Shown: positions 47,778 to 55,700 of the stretch, one piece after another
Layout: every line of letters begins with the position of its first letter
Position numbering within the stretch: the first letter of the stretch is position 1
IMG/VR virus record: IMGVR_UViG_3300005933_000015
Location: 1-57,474 of that record
Strand: one strand, 5' to 3'
Source: a virus
Taxonomy: Duplodnaviria > Caudoviricetes
Length of the DNA: 57,474 nt
Notes under the pieces: model-generated
What the model was told of the DNA's origin: nothing
What the model saw: the letters and a program-made list of their open reading frames with translations, nothing else
Databases searched by the model: none
Translations under genes and position numbers: made by a program

Positions 47778-48380
47778 TTAATCTTTGTGTCCAATAATCA
47801 TATATCTATTGTATAGTGGTAAAGGTAGTTCTCCAGCATATGTGATAGAACCTAAGTTGCTTTGATGTGTAAATTCTTCTAACGACCTCGATATCCTTAC
47901 ATGCTCTTTTATCTCGTAGTTATTACTTTGCAGTACAACTAGGGCATCGCCAGGGATTTTATCTAACCAGCTGTCGTATTGATCTTGTGTTATGTGCTCG
48001 CATGAGGTATTTATTGCGACATCTGCAAGAGAATAAATACTACACATATCAGAGGTTATTGCTTGGAACATCCCTTTACTATACTCGACACGGTTAATTT
48101 CTTCTGCTGTGCGTTTACAAGTGGGGTCGATATCAATGCTACGGATGCTTGTTATATCGAAATCACTTTGAAACAACATACTGGATAATATGCCCGTCCA
48201 ACCTCCAAAGATATCAATGGAGATATCCTCTTGTTTATTTAAAATGTCTGTCAGTTTGTTAACAACCCATTCTTTACTGGATACTTGTCCACGCCACATC
48301 GAATCCATAACCCTAGTTGGATCATCTGATGTTCGGATTGCATGTATCCAATAATGTAAGTGTTCTAAGTCTATTCTCAT
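47778..48380 (-). CDS. class I SAM-dependent methyltransferase-like protein
   Basis: IFGGWTG (motif I), SIDID, DM, INTSCEH. Confidence 0.7.
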   Translation of the reverse strand: MRIDLEHLHYWIHAIRTSDDPTRVMDSMWRGQVSSKEWVVNKLTDILNKQEDISIDIFGGWTGILSSMLFQSDFDITSIRSIDIDPTCKRTAEEINRVEYSKGMFQAITSDMCSIYSLADVAINTSCEHITQDQYDSWLDKIPGDALVVLQSNNYEIKEHVRISRSLEEFTHQSNLGSITYAGELPLPLYNRYMIIGHKD

Positions 48381-48444
48381 AATTATGACCCTGCTGAATC
48401 AATAAATATTATACTACATAATTATATAGTGAGATTTTAAATAT

Positions 48445-48452
48445 TATAAATA
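48445..48452 (+). promoter_or_regulatory. late promoter TATAAATA
   Basis: Exact consensus upstream of ORF 48485. Confidence 0.75.
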
Positions 48453-48484
48453 TACATGTATAGAATAAACAATTCGGAGATTTT

Positions 48485-48913
48485 ATGGCAGTTTATGCTA
48501 ACCTATTCATGGATCAGGGAACTGATTTCAGAACTACTATCAACCTTGAAGGTGGCACAGGCTCGGCGTTTGATATTACAGATTATGATATACTTGCTCA
48601 AATGAGAAAAAGTTATTCTTCGAATAAATCTTACGATTTCGAAGCTAACGTTAATGACGGGGAAAACGGCGTTGCTATTTTAGAAATGACCGCAGCAACG
48701 ACTAACGCTATCAAGCCAGGTCGTTATGTATATGATGTTCAGGTTAAATCACCTCAGGGAGTCTATTATAGAGTCGTTGAAGGTCAAATTGAAGTTAGTC
48801 CTGCTGTAAGTAGACCTAATGTTAGTGTATCTGGCACAGTCATAATCGACGGTGGCGCTGCAGATACCGATTATTCTGCAGCTTCTGGCGTTTTTGACGG
48901 CGGTGGTTCGTAA
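48485..48913 (+). CDS. virion structural protein (Ig/BppU-like adaptor)
   Basis: GGAG RBS; DQGTDF, QMRKSY, GRYVYDV, RVVEG...V.P. Confidence 0.7.
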   Translation: MAVYANLFMDQGTDFRTTINLEGGTGSAFDITDYDILAQMRKSYSSNKSYDFEANVNDGENGVAILEMTAATTNAIKPGRYVYDVQVKSPQGVYYRVVEGQIEVSPAVSRPNVSVSGTVIIDGGAADTDYSAASGVFDGGGS

Positions 48914-48919
48914 AACTAT

Positions 48920-48927
48920 TATAAATA
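48920..48927 (+). promoter_or_regulatory. late promoter TATAAATA
   Basis: Exact consensus upstream of ORF 48947. Confidence 0.75.
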
Positions 48928-48946
48928 AATAGAGGTATATAAAAAA

Positions 48947-49201
48947 ATGGCAGATAGAATTGTCGCTAAGGTTATAACTAACCCAACAGTCACCGCAAAA
49001 ACTTTTACTCCTAGGAACCTTCAGGCGACTAGCATAGGTATTAGCGGTGGTATCGCGATGGCAGATTTATCGGATGTGGTGATACCAGATTCTCAAAGAT
49101 TAACTGGTGCATTGATGACATACGATGCTGAAAGAGGCGGATTTGTTGTTCTATCAGAAATTTCAAGTCCTAACTTAAAACTAAATGGAGGTGCATTGTA
49201 A
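48947..49201 (+). CDS. small virion-associated protein
   Basis: GAGG RBS; DLSDV...GALMTYD fibre-type motif. Confidence 0.7.
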   Translation: MADRIVAKVITNPTVTAKTFTPRNLQATSIGISGGIAMADLSDVVIPDSQRLTGALMTYDAERGGFVVLSEISSPNLKLNGGAL

Positions 49202-49202
49202 A

Positions 49203-51821
49203 ATGGCCGGAACAGTAATTAAATTAAAAAGTAGTCCCCAGTCGGGCGGCTCATCAGCACCATTAGATAATACGCTTGAGGTAGCAGAACCGGCGTATAC
49301 ATTCTCCAATGGTATTTTATGGTTAGGACAAGACGACGGTGGAGGACTTGGTGGGACAACTTCTGTTCAAATCGGTGGTTCTTACTTTACTACTAAACTA
49401 GACCACAACCTAGGCGTACTGACCGCAAGTTCTGCACTTTTAGTTGACTCTAACAGTCATATTGATAAAGTCATTGCTGGTGCTCTACAGTTAACTACAT
49501 CGGGTGGTGCTGGTCAGATTGTTAGCAGCATTGCGACAACCATAGACGGAACATCTTCAGATACACAATTGGTTACTGCTCTTGCAGTCAAATCATTTGT
49601 TCAAGCTGAAACATCTAGTATTGAACTTGGTGAGATATCTAATGTAACTCTGGGAACTCTCGCAGCAGGTAACGTACTAGTATACAACTCTGCTTCGGGT
49701 GAGTGGATTAACCGCGCCCTAAGTGGTGATGTTACTATCAATGCATCTGGTGTTGCTGATATCAGTGCATCTGGTGTTAGTGCTGGTAATTATGGTTCTG
49801 CAACTGCAATTCCAATATTTACAGTTGCAGCAGATGGTCGTATCACAAGTGCTGGTACTGCAAACATTGCAACAACTCTGACAATTACTGGTGATGATGC
49901 AATCACACAGGGTATTGATCTATTAACCGAAACGCTCACTTTAACTGGCGGCACGGGCCTTACCACTGTAACAACAAGTAATAGAATTACTGTAAACCTT
50001 GACGATACCGCTGTAACTGCGGGTACATACGGTTCTACTGCTGCAATTCCTCAAATTACTATTGATGCTCAAGGTCGTATTACAAGTGCAACCACTCTTA
50101 GTGTTGCTACTGTACTTGATATTGCTGGCGACTTTGGTACAGACTCTGTTAACCTATTGGATGACACTTTCACCATTTCTGGTGGAACTGGTCTAACCAC
50201 TACTGCAACTGATAATGCACTTACAATTGTACTAGATGATACTGCTGTAGCCGCTGGTTCATACGGTTCTGCTACAGTTATTCCAGTACTAACTGTTGAT
50301 GCTCAAGGTCGTATCACAGGTGCAACTACACAAACAGTTTCTACCAATGTAACCGTTGCAGGTGACACTGGAACTGGTAATATTGCAACCGGATCTACAC
50401 TAACTGTTGCGGGTGGAACAGCTTTAACCTCAGTATTCTCTGCGGGTACTGTTACTGTAACACTAGATGATACTGCTGTAACTGCCGGTGCATATGGTTC
50501 TGCAACTACAATTCCTCAGTTCACAGTTGATGCGCAAGGTCGTATTACTGCTGCTGGAACTGTTGCGATTAACGCAAATTCATTCGGAACTGTTTCTGTA
50601 ATCGATGCAGACTCTGGATTTAGTTGGTCTGATAACGGCACTGCTGTCTCTGCTGCTAATGCCGCGACTCTAACATTCGTATCTGGGTATGGCGTAAACG
50701 TTGATGTAGACTCAGCATCAGATGCAATTCGCTTCAATAACACTGGTGTTACTAGTGCCACAGCTGGTACATACATCACGGTTGATGCATCAACTGGTGA
50801 TATCACAATCGGCACAAACGCGACTGCTGCTAATACAGTAAGTACTCTAGTTGCTCGTGACGGTTCTGGTGACTTTGCTGCTAATAAAGCAACACTGAAC
50901 GAATTACAAGTTGATAATATTAATATCAATGGTAATGTAATTTCTAGTACTGTTACTAACGAAAACATTCAGATCTCACCTAATGGCACGGGTATTGTCG
51001 AAATTACGGCAGAAACCAACATCACAGGCAATGTCGTAATTGCTGGTGACTTTACTGTCAATGGTCAAACTACTACAATTAATGTTCAACAACTAGTTGT
51101 TGAAGATCCCATCATTTACCTATCTAGTGCCGCCGCAGGCAATGCTGTAGACATTGGTTTTGTAGGTAACTACAATGATGGTACATATGCACACACTGGT
51201 TTGGTTCGTCATGCTGCAGATGGTGTATACTACCTATTTGATGGATATACTCCTGACATTGATGTCGACGGTAACATACTTGACATAAATCATGCATCGT
51301 TAAATATTGCTTCTTTGCAGGCAAACGTCGTAGGTGCTTTGATTGGTACTGCTGAGACTGCTACTAAACTTCTAACCACAAGATCAATATCGTTAACTGG
51401 TGATGTCGTTGGTACGCTGACATTTGATGGTAGTGCCGATGTTAGTATGACTGCAACTATCCAGGCCAACTCTGTTGCTCTGGGTACTGATACTACTGGT
51501 AACTATGTTGCAACTCTAGCAAGTGCAAACGGTGGTCTAATAGTAACTGGTTCTGGATCAGAAACTGCTGGTGTTACAATCGAACTAGATGTAACAGATA
51601 GTCTTTTTGTTGAAGGTGTTCAAGATGCTGCTGGTGCATTGTTCTCCAATGGTACACAAAGTCATATCAGCATTACATACGACGACGCAAACAATGCTAT
51701 CAATGCATCTGTTCCAGTCGCAACAACTTCTGTTAAGGGTGTTGCTTCTTTCAGTGCTGACAACTTTGCAGTAACTTCTGGTGTAGTTACTATCACGGTT
51801 ATCGATGGAGGAACATTCTAA
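49203..51821 (+). CDS. tail fibre protein with internal repeats
   Basis: ATG at 49203 after GGAGG; four V.AG.YGS...IP..T.DA.GRIT.A repeats; ends IDGGTF. Confidence 0.82.
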   Translation: MAGTVIKLKSSPQSGGSSAPLDNTLEVAEPAYTFSNGILWLGQDDGGGLGGTTSVQIGGSYFTTKLDHNLGVLTASSALLVDSNSHIDKVIAGALQLTTSGGAGQIVSSIATTIDGTSSDTQLVTALAVKSFVQAETSSIELGEISNVTLGTLAAGNVLVYNSASGEWINRALSGDVTINASGVADISASGVSAGNYGSATAIPIFTVAADGRITSAGTANIATTLTITGDDAITQGIDLLTETLTLTGGTGLTTVTTSNRITVNLDDTAVTAGTYGSTAAIPQITIDAQGRITSATTLSVATVLDIAGDFGTDSVNLLDDTFTISGGTGLTTTATDNALTIVLDDTAVAAGSYGSATVIPVLTVDAQGRITGATTQTVSTNVTVAGDTGTGNIATGSTLTVAGGTALTSVFSAGTVTVTLDDTAVTAGAYGSATTIPQFTVDAQGRITAAGTVAINANSFGTVSVIDADSGFSWSDNGTAVSAANAATLTFVSGYGVNVDVDSASDAIRFNNTGVTSATAGTYITVDASTGDITIGTNATAANTVSTLVARDGSGDFAANKATLNELQVDNININGNVISSTVTNENIQISPNGTGIVEITAETNITGNVVIAGDFTVNGQTTTINVQQLVVEDPIIYLSSAAAGNAVDIGFVGNYNDGTYAHTGLVRHAADGVYYLFDGYTPDIDVDGNILDINHASLNIASLQANVVGALIGTAETATKLLTTRSISLTGDVVGTLTFDGSADVSMTATIQANSVALGTDTTGNYVATLASANGGLIVTGSGSETAGVTIELDVTDSLFVEGVQDAAGALFSNGTQSHISITYDDANNAINASVPVATTSVKGVASFSADNFAVTSGVVTITVIDGGTF

Positions 51822-51863
51822 AGTTCTTTTAAATCTTATATATATTATGTAATGTTAAAATAT

Positions 51864-51885
51864 AACTCCCCTCTTTAGGGGAGTT
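51864..51885 (+). terminator. hairpin / probable terminator
   Basis: AACTCCCCT-CTTT-AGGGGAGTT; only a short T tract follows. Confidence 0.55.
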
Positions 51886-51908
51886 TAACAACCAAAGGTC
51901 TTTACCTA

Positions 51909-52406
51909 ATGACAACGAAAATTATACACAAGAAGTCTTCCGTCTCTGGAAAGGCTCCTCTTGCAGGTCAACTCGATTATGGTGAGTTGGCAGTTAACAC
52001 ATACGATGGTGTAATTTATCTTAAACGCAATCAAGGCGTTGATGATGAATTAATTACAATTGCTCCGGTATCTGAAGATACTCTAGAAATTGACACCACC
52101 GGATTTTCGAACTCGTTAGGTTCCACACTGGCAGAGGTCTTAGAAGACCTAGACTCTGCTATCACTTCTGCCGCAGTTGGTGGGGTTTCGGTAAACCCAA
52201 ATACCATTCTAGGCGCAGGCACAGTCGCAAGCCCATTTACAGTAACACTAGATTCCGTCCTAGCAGGCGGAGGTGCTTCTGCGCGTAATCTTGAGGTGAA
52301 TAACCTTGTTGTAAACGGGCAGTTCAGTGGTTCTGATATATCTGCAACAGAACTAGAAGGGTCTACACTTTCTGACATTATTGCGTTATCAATTGCATTG
52401 GGATAA
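51909..52406 (+). CDS. fibre-associated protein (Mtd/hyaluronidase N-terminal-like)
   Basis: IIHKKSS..GKAP...L.YGELAVN..DG.IY; ends IALSIALG. Confidence 0.7.
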   Translation: MTTKIIHKKSSVSGKAPLAGQLDYGELAVNTYDGVIYLKRNQGVDDELITIAPVSEDTLEIDTTGFSNSLGSTLAEVLEDLDSAITSAAVGGVSVNPNTILGAGTVASPFTVTLDSVLAGGGASARNLEVNNLVVNGQFSGSDISATELEGSTLSDIIALSIALG

Positions 52407-52409
52407 ATC

Positions 52410-52745
52410 ATGGCAAATACATTTAAATTAAAAACATTCGACGGATCATCTTCTGCATCAGATACTGCGATGACAGTATATACTTCTCCGGCAAGTACTA
52501 GTGCAGTTATTATTGGTTTAACTATAAGTAACACTTTGTCTACATTGGTTTTTATCAATGTTAAGATAAACAATGCAGACGGAGATAATGCATTTCTAGT
52601 AAAGAATGCTCCTATCCCTCAGGGTGGATCCATTGAGATTATGAATGGTAATAAAATCGTCCTAGAGACAGGTGATGCAATAGAAGTGTATTCAAACAAT
52701 GCAAACTCAGTAGATACAATCGTTAGTGTAATGGAGCAATCATAA
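52410..52745 (+). CDS. small virion structural protein (MANTFK type)
   Basis: MANTFK, VYTSP, IIGL...N, KIVLETGD. Confidence 0.75.
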   Translation: MANTFKLKTFDGSSSASDTAMTVYTSPASTSAVIIGLTISNTLSTLVFINVKINNADGDNAFLVKNAPIPQGGSIEIMNGNKIVLETGDAIEVYSNNANSVDTIVSVMEQS

Positions 52746-52746
52746 T

Positions 52747-55700
52747 ATGGCACAGTATATTGGTAATTCACCAGAAACAATTCTCTTAAAAACTAAGAGA
52801 GATACTTACACTTACACATCCACTGCGGGGCAGACAGTATTTTCTGGTACTGATAATGATTCTAAACTATTTGTATCCCTAGAGCGTTCACAAGTATTGG
52901 TATACTTGAATGGACTTCTATTAGAACCAAATTCATACACAGTAGGTTCTACTTCAGTCGTATTAGATACTGGTGTTGCAAGCGGCGTAGAAGTTGTAAT
53001 TTTTACTGAAATTGAGTCTGCACTTGTAAACTCACCAACTCGAGTTGAAGTCAATACTTTAATTAGTACTGCAATTGCCGCTGTTGCTACAGAGTTGAAC
53101 GACTTAACCGATGTAGACTTAACCACCACACCCCCGACAGATGGTCAGGCACTTATCTGGGATAACGCAACTTCTACTTGGATTCCAGGTGATAGTTTTA
53201 GTCAAACAGATTTCGACTCTGCGTTTACCTTTAAAGATACTGACGACCTGAGTGAAGGTACTACAAACCTATACTATACAGATGCACGAGTGGATGCAAG
53301 AGTAACCGCGCTTGACCTTGCAACTGAAACATATGTAGACAGTACAGTTAGCACAGCAGTGTCTAACCTAGTTTCTAGTGCTCCTGCTGCATTAGATACA
53401 TTGAACGAACTTGCTCAGGCACTTGGTGATGATGCTAACTTTAGCACAACAATTACCAACTCCATTGCTACTAAGTTATCGACTGCTGATTTTACATCAA
53501 CTGCTGATACTTGGATTGGTACTAAAGATACTGACGATCTAAGTGAAGGTACTACAAACCTATACTACACAGCAGCACGCTCAAGAGGTGCTATCAGCGC
53601 AACTGGTGATCTAACATACAACTCTGCTACTGGTGAGTTGGGTGTTACTACTTACAAAACTTCTGATTTTAATACTGACCTTGCTTCTAGCGATACTGAC
53701 GATCTGAGTGAAGGTTTAACTAATCTATATTACACAGATGCGCGAGTTGGTACATACTTAACAACTAACGATTATGCAACAGAGTCCTTTGTAACATCTG
53801 CTGTTGCGGCAAAGGATAATACTGATGAAATATCCGAAGGTTTAACTAATCTATATTACACAGATGCAAGAGTTGGTATATATTTAAATGCCAACTCATT
53901 TGCGACTGAAACATATGTAAATAATACAATCTCTGCAAAGGATAGTGATGACTTTGCCGAAGGTTCTACGAACCTATATTACACAGATGCAAGAGTTGGC
54001 TCATATTTAAATGCAAATTCATTTGCTACCGAAACATATGTAAATAATACAATCTCTGCAAAGGATAGTGATGACTTTGCCGAAGGTCTTACGAACCTAT
54101 ATTACACAGATGCGCGAGTTGGCTCATATTTAAATGCCAATTTATTTGCGACTGAAACATATGTAAATAATACAATCTCTGCAAAGGATAGTGATGACTT
54201 TGCTGAAGGTGCTACTAACTTATACTTCACCCAAGCAAGGGTTTCGTCATACCTAGATGTTAACGGATTTAATCCGACTGATGAAATTAGTATCACTGAT
54301 CTTGGTATCACTGATGGCGTTGTCGGACAAGTATTGACAACTGATGGTGCTGGTAACTTCACATTCGAAGATGGTGCTACACCTACTACAGTGTCTGGAA
54401 CTGCTCCAAGTTCACCAGAACAAGGCGACTTGTGGTTTGATAATGTAACGACTGGTCAACTGTACACATATGTTGGAACATCGTGGTTATCAACTGCCGG
54501 ACTAACAACATTAGAGTATTCTAGTGTTGGTGACCTATCTGATGTGGATTTAACGGTTGCTCCAGTTACCGGACAGGCCTTGGTGTGGGATGGATCTAAG
54601 TTCATTCCAGGCGACTCATTCAGTCAGACCGACTTTGACAATGCATTTACTGCCAAGGACACAGACGACCTATCAGAAGGGTCAACAAACCTCTACTATA
54701 CAGATGCTCGTGCGGATGCTAGAATCGCCGTTGCATCTAGTAACTATGCTACCGCCGCTCAGGGTGCTTTGGCAGACACTGCATTGCAAGCCGCAGACCT
54801 TACTGGGTATGCCACAGAAACATATGTCGGCACAGCGATATCTAATTTAATCGACACTGCTCCAACAACGTTAGACACATTGAATGAACTTGCAGCTGCA
54901 CTAGGTGATGATCCTAATTTTGCAACGACTGTCGCCACTTCAATTGGTACTAAGTTGGCGACTGCTGATTTTACATCAACTGCTGATACTTGGATTGGTA
55001 CTAAAGATACTGACGCTCTAAGTGAAGGTTCTACGAATCTATATTACACAGATGCAAGAGTTAGTTCTTATCTGACAACTAATACTTATGCAACCGAGTC
55101 ATATGTAACAACCGCTATTTCTGGCAAGGCGGATAGTTCATCGCTTGCAACAGTTGCAACTACGGGTGAATATAGTGATCTATTAAACCAACCGTCTATT
55201 CCATCAGTATTGACTGACATTGGAATCGTCGACGGTACAATTGGTCAGATCCTCACTACAGATGGCGCTGGCGGATTCATATTCGAAGATGCTGCTGAAC
55301 CTCTAGTAGTTTCAGGTACTGCACCAGCATCACCTTCAGAAGGCGCATTATGGTTTGATAATGTAAATACTGGGCAACTATATGCATATGTCGGAACCTC
55401 TTGGTTATCAACTGCAGGACTAACAACATTAGAGTATTCTTCAGTCGGCGATCTATCTGATGTGGATTTAACAGTTGCTCCAACGGATGGTCAGACACTG
55501 ATATGGGATAACGCCAATAGTAAGTTCATTGCTGGTACTATTGAAGGTTATACAGTATTAGACTTTAATACTGACCTTGCCGCTTCTGATACTGATGATT
55601 TGTCTGAAGGTTCTACAAACCTCTATTACACAGATGCAAGAGCAACTGCTGCGTCACGTTCTGCAATTAGCGCTGGTGGTGATCTCTCATATGATTCTGC

